Made by a program: the position numbers and the translations under genes
IMG/VR virus record: IMGVR_UViG_3300010885_079087
Source of the DNA: an uncultured virus (IMG/VR IMGVR_UViG_3300010885_079087)
Taxonomy: Duplodnaviria > Heunggongvirae > Uroviricota > Caudoviricetes
Direction: 5' to 3' (one strand)
DNA length: 20,000 bases
Notes under the pieces: generated by a model
What the model saw: only the letters and a program-made list of their open reading frames with translations
What the model was told of the DNA's origin: nothing
Databases searched by the model: none
Shown: positions 1-8,333 of the stretch, piece after piece
Layout of the letters: every line of letters starts with the position of its first letter
Position numbering within the stretch: position 1 is the stretch's first letter

Positions 1-2
1 AT

Positions 3-1886
3 GCTCTTTCTTTAGATGAAACTTTAAGCTTGCTGGAAGAACAAGGTGCTGATCTTGATACCATAAATTTTATAAAAAATTCTGAACAGTCAATAAAACC
101 TTTGTATGTTAAATATTTAAAAGAAAATCCTTTTGCAAAAAAAGAAGATCTTCAAAACAATGTAAAAACATCTCAACAACTTCAAAGATTAAACAATCAT
201 AATGAAATTAATTTTGCAAATGAATTTAGTGAGCCTTTTAAGTCTTGGACATTGTTTCAATTAAGAAAACAAAAACGAGATAATTCAGATAAGTATTTGA
301 TTGAAGGAGATTTGTTTGATTTAGATGAACTTTTTGATTCTTATAAAAAAATCTATGAATGGGCCACATATAAAAAATATGAAAATTCCCATTTTGCTAT
401 AACAAATTTTATTTTTGAAGAGGCATTAAATATATCTGATATATGGCTTCAAGCCAAAAATGGGCATGGTCAAGGCCAAGTATATGTTCCTTTACAGCGA
501 GACAAAAACGGTGAAATAATTGACCCTAAAGTTCTTCACATTTTTGAAGATGGATGGTTTGTAGTGCTTTTGGACAACGAAAATGATTTACTTGTGGAAG
601 GCAAAAGACTAAATCATTGTGTAGGAGGTGATAAATCTTTTTTACGTGGTGTAAAAAAAAATACAATACAAATTTTGAGCATAAGAAATTCTTACAACAA
701 GCCTCAAGCAACCATTGAAATATCTTGGCCAGACAAAAGAATTTTACAAGTAAAAGGCTTTAGCGACCAAACTCCAGATATGGAAACAAGACTACATTTA
801 ACAGAGTTTTTTGAAAACTATTCAGCTGAATTTACACACGAAATTTCTACTTCTTCTTTAATTGACGGCACCAATTGGGGAAACATTGATTTTGAAGATC
901 TGCCTGAAGAAATAAATCTTATTTTAAACAACCCAGAAGAAATTAGTGAAGATACACATGATGCTGCATGGTATGATATGGAGGCCATTACAACTATTAA
1001 TTGCAACCCTCATGATTTGGGCACCATTCATGATGAAGTGATACTCAAAATCAAAAAAATGAATGATGATTTTGACTTACAAGAGCAGTTACAAAATTTG
1101 GAGTCGATTGCTGAAATTTTGGCAAACAAAGCTATTTACATGGATATGCATAATTCAAAACATGATATTCCCTTCGACAAATTGCCAAACGAGACAACCA
1201 ATAAAAAATTATCAATTGATGAAAGCAAAGAATTAGCACAACAATTAAATGTTCCTTATGAAACATCATGGTGGTGGTTGGGCAAAAACAAAGAAACAAT
1301 TTTCAACGATATAAGTGCAGTAATGTCTTTAATTGAAACTGTTAAAATGTCCAATCGAGATATTGCAGATGAATATGGTTTTGAGTCAAATCTACGTGTA
1401 CCAATTTATAGATTTAATCATGAAATAATCAAATCGCTTAAACATGAAGTTGTACAAACTAATTATCTTGAATGGTACAAAAAGATTACAGGGAAAGAGC
1501 AAATTAAATGGCCTTTAATGAGTGAATTTTTACAACAACCTTTGCTTGAAAATAATTTTGAGCCTCCAATACTGAGCACTAAAGACGAAAGATACAATAA
1601 TTATTATCATGATGAAAATTATGACAATGATCCTTGGCATTACATAAAAATGTCATCAATTAAAAAACTTATCAGAATTTCTAACATTTTAGATTCGAGG
1701 GGATATTATTTGCAAGCAAGTGATTTAGATGATCAAATTTTAAAAATAGCTAAATCAAGACAAAAAAGCAAAAAAAATAAATGGAGCATTAAATACAAAA
1801 AAAGTATTAATTGCAATAATCCTAAAGGTTTCTCTCAGAAACAATATTGTAAAAGACAGAAACGCGGCGGCGATTATAAGTCATAA
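3..1886 (+). CDS. PcfJ-like domain protein, 5'-truncated, with C-terminal KIA module and basic KWS..CxNPKGFSQ..C tail
   Basis: The frame is open from nt 3 (ALSLDETLSLLEEQG...), so the TTG at 30 is probably not the true start. Nt ~540-810 encode GWFVVLLDNENDLLVEGKRLNHCVGG...ILSIR...ATIEI...ILQVKGFSDQTP, matching the PcfJ pattern L..EG..[LM].HCV...S[LI]R...T[IL]E...Q..G..[ND]..P. Confidence 0.75.
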   Translation, partial: ALSLDETLSLLEEQGADLDTINFIKNSEQSIKPLYVKYLKENPFAKKEDLQNNVKTSQQLQRLNNHNEINFANEFSEPFKSWTLFQLRKQKRDNSDKYLIEGDLFDLDELFDSYKKIYEWATYKKYENSHFAITNFIFEEALNISDIWLQAKNGHGQGQVYVPLQRDKNGEIIDPKVLHIFEDGWFVVLLDNENDLLVEGKRLNHCVGGDKSFLRGVKKNTIQILSIRNSYNKPQATIEISWPDKRILQVKGFSDQTPDMETRLHLTEFFENYSAEFTHEISTSSLIDGTNWGNIDFEDLPEEINLILNNPEEISEDTHDAAWYDMEAITTINCNPHDLGTIHDEVILKIKKMNDDFDLQEQLQNLESIAEILANKAIYMDMHNSKHDIPFDKLPNETTNKKLSIDESKELAQQLNVPYETSWWWLGKNKETIFNDISAVMSLIETVKMSNRDIADEYGFESNLRVPIYRFNHEIIKSLKHEVVQTNYLEWYKKITGKEQIKWPLMSEFLQQPLLENNFEPPILSTKDERYNNYYHDENYDNDPWHYIKMSSIKKLIRISNILDSRGYYLQASDLDDQILKIAKSRQKSKKNKWSIKYKKSINCNNPKGFSQKQYCKRQKRGGDYKS

Positions 1887-1901
1887 TTGTATAACTTTAG
1901 T

Positions 1902-2768
1902 ATGATAACAAAAGGAATAATTCTTGCAGGTGGTACAGGATCAAGGCTTTATCCAGTCACTCAATCAGTAAGTAAACAACTTTTACCAATATATGACAAA
2001 CCTATGATTTATTATCCTTTGTCAATTTTGATGAGAGCAAGTATAAGAGATATTCTTATTATTACTACGCCACATGAACAAATTTTGTTTCAAAACTTAC
2101 TAAAAGATGGGTCTCAATGGGGTATGAATATAAAGTATGAAATACAAAAATCACCAGATGGTTTAGCTCAAGCTTTCATCATAGGAGAAAAATTCATCAA
2201 TAAAGAGCCTGTAGCCCTTATTCTAGGTGATAATATTTTTTACGGGGGAAATCTTATGGATGAATGTAATAAGGCTGTGAAAAGAGATTCTGCCACTATT
2301 TTTGCTTATCGCGTGAATGAACCTCAACACTATGGTGTTGTAGAATTTGACAAATCAAATAAACCACTAAATATTGTAGAAAAACCAAATGATCCAAAAT
2401 CAAATTATGCTGTAACAGGCTTGTATTTTTACACGGACGAAGTAGTAGAGATCGCTAAAAAAACTAAACCATCTGCAAGAGGCGAGCTTGAAATCACATC
2501 AGTAAATAATGAATATTTATTACGAAATAAATTATCTGTTGCAAAGTTATCTCGTGGATGTACATGGTTTGATGCTGGCACTTTTGATAATCTTTTAGAG
2601 GTAAATAATTATGTGGCTTCTATTCAAAGCAGACAAGGAATGATAATTGCCAGCCCCGATGAAATAGCTTTCAGAAATAATTGGATAACATCTTCAGAAC
2701 TTGAGGAATTAATTAATTCCTATGGTAAAAGCCTGTATTCTAAACAATTAAAACTAAGTATGGAATAA
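1902..2768 (+). CDS. rmlA: Glucose-1-phosphate thymidylyltransferase
   Basis: KGIILAGGTGSRLYP, SKQLLPIYDKPMIYYPLS, LILGDNIFYG, VEKP, NYAVTGLYFY, KPSARGELEIT, RG..WFDAGT are all RmlA/RfbA signatures. ATG at 1902 preferred over TTG at 1887 because homologs start a few residues before KGIILAGG. Confidence 0.97.
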   Translation: MITKGIILAGGTGSRLYPVTQSVSKQLLPIYDKPMIYYPLSILMRASIRDILIITTPHEQILFQNLLKDGSQWGMNIKYEIQKSPDGLAQAFIIGEKFINKEPVALILGDNIFYGGNLMDECNKAVKRDSATIFAYRVNEPQHYGVVEFDKSNKPLNIVEKPNDPKSNYAVTGLYFYTDEVVEIAKKTKPSARGELEITSVNNEYLLRNKLSVAKLSRGCTWFDAGTFDNLLEVNNYVASIQSRQGMIIASPDEIAFRNNWITSSELEELINSYGKSLYSKQLKLSME

Positions 2769-2771
2769 ATT

Positions 2772-3215
2772 CTAATTGCCTTCTGTTTTTGTTTGCTTTT
2801 GCATATTTACAGACATGCCCACTACTTGGTAATAATTTTTTCGTCCAATTTTATTCATAGTAAAAACACAATCTGAATATACAATATTGATTCTTTTATC
2901 ATCAAAAATATACTTTTCAGGCTCACCAAATTTTTTAATCACAGATTTGAAATCAGACATTAATCCCACACCTTTGTATTTCACTGACTTATTAACGCCG
3001 TAAGCCTCAAGTGTAACTACTTGACTGGATTTATTTGTAATCGCTGTGAGAAGATAAGCATCTCTAGTGAATGTAAAAGACTGATAATCTTTGTCTTCAG
3101 ATTCTTCTATTGTAATTGGATTGCCAAATCTAGTAGTAATATCTACCAGAGACGGAGATTGATTAAACCCTAAAAATCCTGGGAACACTGAGATTGACAT
3201 TAAAATTCCTAGCAT
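2772..3215 (-). CDS. Putative exported protein with two [IV]..[KR]FG.P repeats (BLIP/BamE-like tandem fold)
   Basis: Short hydrophobic N-terminus MLGILMSISVFPGFLGF; internal repeat LVDITTRFGNP / GVGLMSDFKSVIKKFGEP, each followed by predicted beta strands. Fold call is inference. Confidence 0.5.
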   Translation of the reverse strand: MLGILMSISVFPGFLGFNQSPSLVDITTRFGNPITIEESEDKDYQSFTFTRDAYLLTAITNKSSQVVTLEAYGVNKSVKYKGVGLMSDFKSVIKKFGEPEKYIFDDKRINIVYSDCVFTMNKIGRKNYYQVVGMSVNMQKQTKTEGN

Positions 3216-3249
3216 AGGTTTATATACGTTTTTTGTATAAAAATATTAC
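3216..3249 (+). promoter_or_regulatory. Candidate phage promoter AGG-N16-GTATAA-N9-ATG
   Basis: AGG 3216-3218, GTATAA 3235-3240, ATG 3250; the same spacing recurs at three other gene starts; no Shine-Dalgarno. Confidence 0.65.
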
Positions 3250-3489
3250 ATGGCTTTAGATAAATGGGCAATTCAAAGAATTGTGCTGGAAGAAACAGCA
3301 AGAGCTTTAGATAACACAAACTTGGATGAGAAAATTCAAGCATATGTGTCTCAGCAATTAGACACTATTGTAAATGTTGAAATTGATGCTAAACTTGAAG
3401 ATTTCAAAAAATCAATTAAAATCATGAATGAACAAATTAGTATTTTGAAAGATGCAATTGACAAACTCAACAAAAGAATTAATAAGTAA
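3250..3489 (+). CDS. Small coiled-coil hypothetical protein
   Basis: 79 aa, heptad-like C-terminus (LEDFKKSIKIMNEQISILKDAIDKLNKRI); preceded by the promoter motif. Confidence 0.75.
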   Translation: MALDKWAIQRIVLEETARALDNTNLDEKIQAYVSQQLDTIVNVEIDAKLEDFKKSIKIMNEQISILKDAIDKLNKRINK

Positions 3490-3928
3490 GATTATTTTTA
3501 GCTCACCAATAGCATTATTTTTAGGTGTTGGGATTTGCGTAGCTACTGACATTATTCAGCCAAGTTATTTCAAAAATCTTTCAGTGTATTTTCTTTACCT
3601 GATTTTTGCAATCTCTGTTGGATACATAGCCGTCTTTCTTGCATCATCATATATTGGCTCCACACAAAACAAATTTAGAGCCATATTTTTTGCCATCATT
3701 TTTATGATTATTGAGGGTTTATTTTCCGTTTTAGCAGTACAAACTTATTATGGATCACAAGAAATTCCCATACTGAGGATTATTTCAGCAATATGCTTGC
3801 CGTTAGTCTTTAGTATGTTTTACTTTTTAAAAATAATAGAATTTCAAAAAAAAGAAACAGGACAAATTAATGAAGAAGAACTTTTTAAAAATTTTGATGA
3901 CCTTGAGCGCAGCAAGCCTACTCTATAG
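3452..3928 (+). CDS. Four-TM membrane protein
   Basis: Four hydrophobic segments (IIFSSPIALFLGVGICVA; LSVYFLYLIFAISVGYIAVFLA; AIFFAIIFMIIEGLFSVLAV; ILRIISAICLPLVFSMFYFL) and a charged C-tail. Start uncertain (38-nt overlap with the upstream gene). Confidence 0.8.
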   Translation: MQLTNSTKELISKIIFSSPIALFLGVGICVATDIIQPSYFKNLSVYFLYLIFAISVGYIAVFLASSYIGSTQNKFRAIFFAIIFMIIEGLFSVLAVQTYYGSQEIPILRIISAICLPLVFSMFYFLKIIEFQKKETGQINEEELFKNFDDLERSKPTL

Positions 3929-4409
3929 TTGTAAAAATGCTGACCCTAAAAACAATCTCGTTTTGATAGATATTTCAGGGTCTAATTTATCAACCATTGA
4001 CAAAACACTTGACAAAGTGTATGAAGTATATAGCGAAAGTATGCCAAGTGACACTTTTGAGGTTTATTTTTTTTCAAGCGTAAAGTATTTAGCATTTTCT
4101 GGGCGTAAATTGAATAAAGACAGAGATTTTTTGCCAATTCTAAAAGCTGGTTTAGAAAAAGCTAAAAAAATAAAAGTTAATGAAGGCACTTCTTTTTCAA
4201 TTTGCAAAAATGTTCTTGAAAACTCCAAAGATTATGATCACGCTTTCCTTTTCACTGATGGTTTTTTTGAAAATTCTAAACTTGAAACAATTAAGCTAAA
4301 CGAAAAAAGCAACATTAGAATTGTGGGGCTTAGCATAGAAAATAACGAAAGAATTTTAAACTCATTATCAGATCCCAAAAAAGCCACAATTGATTTTCAA
4401 GGAAATTGA
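3870..4409 (+). CDS. Lipoprotein with VWA domain (intact MIDAS)
   Basis: Signal peptide MKKNFLKILMTLSAASLLYS-C21 with lipobox-like Cys; VLIDISGS (DxSxS), GT and FLFTDG are the three MIDAS elements; C-terminal IRIVGL strand. Confidence 0.8.
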   Translation: MKKNFLKILMTLSAASLLYSCKNADPKNNLVLIDISGSNLSTIDKTLDKVYEVYSESMPSDTFEVYFFSSVKYLAFSGRKLNKDRDFLPILKAGLEKAKKIKVNEGTSFSICKNVLENSKDYDHAFLFTDGFFENSKLETIKLNEKSNIRIVGLSIENNERILNSLSDPKKATIDFQGN

Positions 4410-4433
4410 ACAACACATAAATAAATATGTATT
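4400..4433 (+). promoter_or_regulatory. Candidate phage promoter AGG-N16-AAATAA-N9-GTG
   Basis: AGG 4400-4402, AAATAA 4419-4424, GTG 4434; spacing identical to the site at 3216. Confidence 0.55.
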
Positions 4434-4721
4434 GTGATCAAAACATATTTATTTGAAATTCAATGTGCTGAAGATATTGGCAATTTTAGATTAGCAGATA
4501 AACTAAGCTCTGATTTGGTTAAAATAGCAAGTACAGATCACAAGTCAATAAAAAAGAAATTACAAAAAGATTTTTCAAATATAAATGCAATTAAAGAAAT
4601 TTCTTTTGCTCCATCTTCTCAAAAATTTATTGTTTATGCAGATGGCTCTTTATCAAATACGGTGAAAGAAAACATAAAACAATTGGCAAAACCTTTTGTT
4701 GTATCTTTTAAGTATAGTTAA
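4434..4721 (+). CDS. Hypothetical protein with N-terminal KIA module
   Basis: 95 aa, GTG start; AEDIGNFRLADKLSSDLVKIA aligns without gaps to the module in the first CDS. Confidence 0.75.
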   Translation: MIKTYLFEIQCAEDIGNFRLADKLSSDLVKIASTDHKSIKKKLQKDFSNINAIKEISFAPSSQKFIVYADGSLSNTVKENIKQLAKPFVVSFKYS

Positions 4722-4987
4722 TCTTTGTTGAAAAAATCTTTGTCAAAAGGTGGTTCTGATAAATCCATTTTGTTTTGTAAAGTTTTATAAAATTTCACTT
4801 GATGATTTGCCAGCAATGGAGTGAAAGCAGCCAAGTTCACCAACAGTTCATAATATCTTTGACATATTGTTATCACAATAAGTTTATATTCCTCGTTAGT
4901 GTATTTCTCTGTCTGAAGTTTATCCAGAAAAACTTTTAATGCTTCTGCTTGCTTCTTATATGTTTCGCCCACTTCTTTTGGATCCAT
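4718..4987 (-). CDS. Hypothetical helical protein, last gene of the morphogenesis cluster
   Basis: 89 aa, ATG 2 nt after the upstream stop; stop codon overlaps the convergent gene at TTAA 4718-4721. Confidence 0.7.
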   Translation of the reverse strand: MDPKEVGETYKKQAEALKVFLDKLQTEKYTNEEYKLIVITICQRYYELLVNLAAFTPLLANHQVKFYKTLQNKMDLSEPPFDKDFFNKD

Positions 4988-4989
4988 AT

Positions 4990-5493
4990 TTATTCTTTAA
5001 TGTTTTCATCGGGATTCACTTGTTTTTTGATAATTGATTTTGCTATTTCTATTTTTTCGTAATTTTTCACATTCAAATTATTTAATTCATTGATGCTTAA
5101 AACAATTTCTTTATTAATGAGTTTTATTGCCAAAAGCAACTCATAAGGCATTTTCAGCTTAGCTGTAGCATCACTTAAAAAATCTACACATTCTTTGGTA
5201 AAATCTGCAAATTCTTGTTTAGAAAGAAAAAGCTCTGTTTTAATTGCATTATATATCATCATACACAAAACAAAATCTAAAGTGTTAACATTATCAAATT
5301 TTATCGGCACTTCGTTTTGTGTGATAGTAATTTTTAAAATATCAAATAAATTTTGTACTTCTTTCAAAGAAGAAAAAGAATTTTCTTTATACGAATTGTA
5401 ATCAATCAGAGATGCTTTTTCTAAAGTAACTTCATCGTAATTAACACAAAGTATTTGTTCTTTATATTGAATATATTTAGTTTTGCGTGTCAT
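4990..5493 (-). CDS. Hypothetical protein, possible tail assembly chaperone
   Basis: 167 aa, mostly helical, directly downstream of a tail-tube-like gene; function inferred from position only. Confidence 0.4.
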   Translation of the reverse strand: MTRKTKYIQYKEQILCVNYDEVTLEKASLIDYNSYKENSFSSLKEVQNLFDILKITITQNEVPIKFDNVNTLDFVLCMMIYNAIKTELFLSKQEFADFTKECVDFLSDATAKLKMPYELLLAIKLINKEIVLSINELNNLNVKNYEKIEIAKSIIKKQVNPDENIKE

Positions 5494-6688
5494 TGAAATC
5501 TTTTGGTGCAGTGGGCTGAGGTTCTGTGTAAATGGCTCCAGTTAAAGTAGTTAACAGCCCATCGTAATTAATGTCAAATTCATTTTGCTTATAAAATTCT
5601 TTGAATTTTGAAGGCTGCAAAAGAGCAATAAATTTTATTTTGTGAACAAAGTAGCCGGTGTCCGCGCTTAAAGTTAGTGAAAATGATTGAATTGCTACAT
5701 TTTTCATAGGAAAATAAAATGGCCCACCAAAATACATTGTTAAACTTTTATTTTGACCAGCAGAAAAATAAGTGGTTAGATCAGTGGAAGAAATAAAGGT
5801 TAAATCTCCATCAACAGTTCTGCTGGCATATGCAATTGATTTAGGCCCATCTGTAACTTTTTTAGTAATACCATCATTTGCAGTAAATTGACTTTTGAGA
5901 TCGTTTCTAATATTCAAACTCATATCCGAGATATTAATGCCCTGAATAACCAATGATTGCGTGGTAGCTGAGTATCCACTTAAAATTTTATTTGAATTAA
6001 TCCCTACTGTTGGTAAATCGCCATTCACATCTATAGTAACTAAGCTATCTATGTTTCTTGCCGTTCTGTAAATACTTCTGGCGCCTGTTCCTATTAAATT
6101 ACTGTCGCCATACACGCCTGGTGGTTTGACTCTCACTCCGCCCTCAAAACCAATATTACAATCTACAGCACCATTGTTTAGCCTTATGGAAAATTCATTC
6201 ATAAAAAGTGGCCCTCCAAGGTTTTTTGGTGATACATCCGTGTTTAAGAAAAAAGGTACGAAATTATATACGGCTAATCTCCATATTGCTTCCAGAAATA
6301 ATGAATTTGGCTCTGAAACAGCATAAGGTAAAATTACTGGAATTTTCATATTACCTTTAGTCTTTATAGTTTCGTTTTGTGTTGAAGTGAGAAATTTGGA
6401 ATAGGTATAGGTATCCACTGGCTTAAACAAATCAATGTCATCAATTGTCAAGCTTTCTATCAAACCAAAATTATAATTTTGTTTTTTTGATGCAAAATTC
6501 AACATGACTTGATGGTTAGTTTTTGCAAAAAAATCAAAGTATGGAACCATTACCTTTACACGATTAGGAGTAATTTGTGTGTTGTAAAGATTTAAAAACG
6601 GGACATAGGAAATATTTCTGTCATAAAAAGATTGTTCTTTAAACAAGGCTATAGATACTTTGCGTAATGAAGCAGGATTTATAATCAT
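5477..6688 (-). CDS. Tail-tube-fold protein (tube or baseplate tube initiator)
   Basis: C-terminal ISDMSLNIRNDLKSQF...PKSIAYASRTVDGDLTF...KSLTMYFG...VHKIKFIAL fits the tail-tube pattern S..I.N.L....R.[VI].G....; ATGA overlap with the upstream gene. Confidence 0.6.
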   Translation of the reverse strand: MIINPASLRKVSIALFKEQSFYDRNISYVPFLNLYNTQITPNRVKVMVPYFDFFAKTNHQVMLNFASKKQNYNFGLIESLTIDDIDLFKPVDTYTYSKFLTSTQNETIKTKGNMKIPVILPYAVSEPNSLFLEAIWRLAVYNFVPFFLNTDVSPKNLGGPLFMNEFSIRLNNGAVDCNIGFEGGVRVKPPGVYGDSNLIGTGARSIYRTARNIDSLVTIDVNGDLPTVGINSNKILSGYSATTQSLVIQGINISDMSLNIRNDLKSQFTANDGITKKVTDGPKSIAYASRTVDGDLTFISSTDLTTYFSAGQNKSLTMYFGGPFYFPMKNVAIQSFSLTLSADTGYFVHKIKFIALLQPSKFKEFYKQNEFDINYDGLLTTLTGAIYTEPQPTAPKDFNDTQN

Positions 6689-7065
6689 AATGCATCACCA
6701 AGCCAAGTTTTACAAACAAGTTTTACCAAATTATAATTTACACTATTAATATCTGTTTCACTTACAATTATTGAAGAAATATCCTCATCATCAATAAAAT
6801 CAATTTTTTTAATTGCTTGCATAAAAATTAACCTGTAAGCTATAGAAGATCTCATAAAAGGTTCTCCAGTTATATGATTTATGTATGTTGAATCTTCTGC
6901 GGCTTTGGCTATAATGTCAAACCTTGGCCCTAGTGCCAAAAATTTAACTTTGTGTGAATTGTCTTCTTTGGCTTTTCCAAAAACTATCAGACCATTTTCT
7001 TGCTTAACAATACTGCATGAAAATTCGAAACCAAAAAGATCATTTTCATAAACTAAACTATTCAT
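6685..7065 (-). CDS. Hypothetical protein, possible tail assembly chaperone
   Basis: 126 aa between two tube-like genes; GAAGGAG Shine-Dalgarno and ATGA overlap; function inferred from size and position. Confidence 0.45.
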   Translation of the reverse strand: MNSLVYENDLFGFEFSCSIVKQENGLIVFGKAKEDNSHKVKFLALGPRFDIIAKAAEDSTYINHITGEPFMRSSIAYRLIFMQAIKKIDFIDDEDISSIIVSETDINSVNYNLVKLVCKTWLGDAL

Positions 7066-8333
7066 TCTTCTCCTTCTAATGTAAAACTTGGCTCACCCTG
7101 TCTTTGTCTTGCTATAGCTGCCCAGTTAAATGCTAAAGAAACATAGTCGCCTTGGTTAACATTAAGCTTACCTGGCTGCCATAAAGTATATGGAATCTTC
7201 AGCATTTGATTCCCAAAATTTATATTTAAACTTTTTGATGAAGATGAATTCAGTATTGGGTATCTGTCAAATGTTGGTTGTGATGACCTAAGAGCAAGTA
7301 TATCCATTGTACCTGAAATTTTTCTATTTTTAGAAACATATCCCATGACATATGTTCTTAACATTCTTTTTTGAATATTGCCATAAATTGGCTCTAGATT
7401 ATTTGAAAAATCAATTGATAAACCTTTAATAGGAATGTTTTCAAAAGTTTGTGTAATTAACCCATTCATATAATTAAGTTTATCTAAATCTGTGACCGCA
7501 AATGTAGTGGAAATATCATTGTTAAAATCTTTCACTATGATTCTAGATCTATGTTGTGGAATTATTGCTAGATTTGCTAATACTTGTTGCGATGAGTTGA
7601 CAAACTCATATCTGTTTGATCTATCATAATTTATAGAAACTATACTGCAACTTAGTTTTGTGTAATCATCTGAAATATTAAAACTAATTTTATCAACTAA
7701 GCAAGGCCAAAAACTGCCTTCTGAGCAATCTATTCTAAACATTGGCTCTTGATAAACAGGAAAACTTTCCTGAGTTGATTCGTCTCCATATTTAAAAATT
7801 TCCAACCAACAATCGCTAATCGGAGTAATATTATCATATGTTATTGTTTTTGTATTAATATTGACACTGTTCACACTTAATTTTTGATATGTAGTTTCTG
7901 AAACAAGATAAAACTCATAAACAGGATAATTAATATTCATTTGAAGACCTGTGAGTGACAAGCCCCCATTGTAGATTAAACTTGTACTTCCTACACTGTC
8001 AAGTAAAACTTTTAAAGGAGTGGTTGAGCCTTGAAATGCCCAGTTTGATAGATTGAACAATAAGTCTACACCTGGATCTAAAACACCTGTGGTATTTACC
8101 GCAAATAGAAAATCAGTGTTTATATTGATTTTTCTGCTTTCTAATTTGAAATAATTAGGCATAGCATATCCGCCAAAAAAAACTTGTTCGTCGTATGGGT
8201 TTTGGTCTACATCCACTGTGAACTTATCTACTAAAATATTTCTTTTTTCAGACAAGGCATTCCCAAAGAAATCACATTTATACATTGTTAATTTCCCGAA
8301 ATTACTTGGATAAGCAAAAAGATTTAATATCAT
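7062..8333 (-). CDS. Tail-tube-fold protein (tube or baseplate tube initiator), paralog of 5477-6688
   Basis: IKGLSIDFSNNLEPIYG...VSKNRKISGTMDI...KSLNINFG...VSLAFNWAAI; mid-protein PCLVDKISFNI....KLSCSI parallels PLFMNEFSIRL....VDCNI in the 403-aa protein. Confidence 0.6.
   Translation of the reverse strand: MILNLFAYPSNFGKLTMYKCDFFGNALSEKRNILVDKFTVDVDQNPYDEQVFFGGYAMPNYFKLESRKININTDFLFAVNTTGVLDPGVDLLFNLSNWAFQGSTTPLKVLLDSVGSTSLIYNGGLSLTGLQMNINYPVYEFYLVSETTYQKLSVNSVNINTKTITYDNITPISDCWLEIFKYGDESTQESFPVYQEPMFRIDCSEGSFWPCLVDKISFNISDDYTKLSCSIVSINYDRSNRYEFVNSSQQVLANLAIIPQHRSRIIVKDFNNDISTTFAVTDLDKLNYMNGLITQTFENIPIKGLSIDFSNNLEPIYGNIQKRMLRTYVMGYVSKNRKISGTMDILALRSSQPTFDRYPILNSSSSKSLNINFGNQMLKIPYTLWQPGKLNVNQGDYVSLAFNWAAIARQRQGEPSFTLEGEE

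Noticed and set aside
1650..1886. Separate small gene starting at internal ATG 1650 (MSSIKK...)
   Set aside because: It is in frame with the PcfJ ORF with no stop, Shine-Dalgarno or promoter motif upstream, so it is treated as a fused module.
3452..4409. Classical holin/spanin (Rz/Rz1) cassette
   Set aside because: The overlap and lipobox are suggestive, but the membrane protein has four TMs rather than one plus a periplasmic coiled coil, the lipoprotein is a VWA domain, and no endolysin is nearby.
4718..7065. Programmed -1 frameshift in chaperone-like genes
   Set aside because: I found no convincing in-frame X XXY YYZ site near the gene ends; A runs are expected at this AT content, and downstream genes have their own starts.
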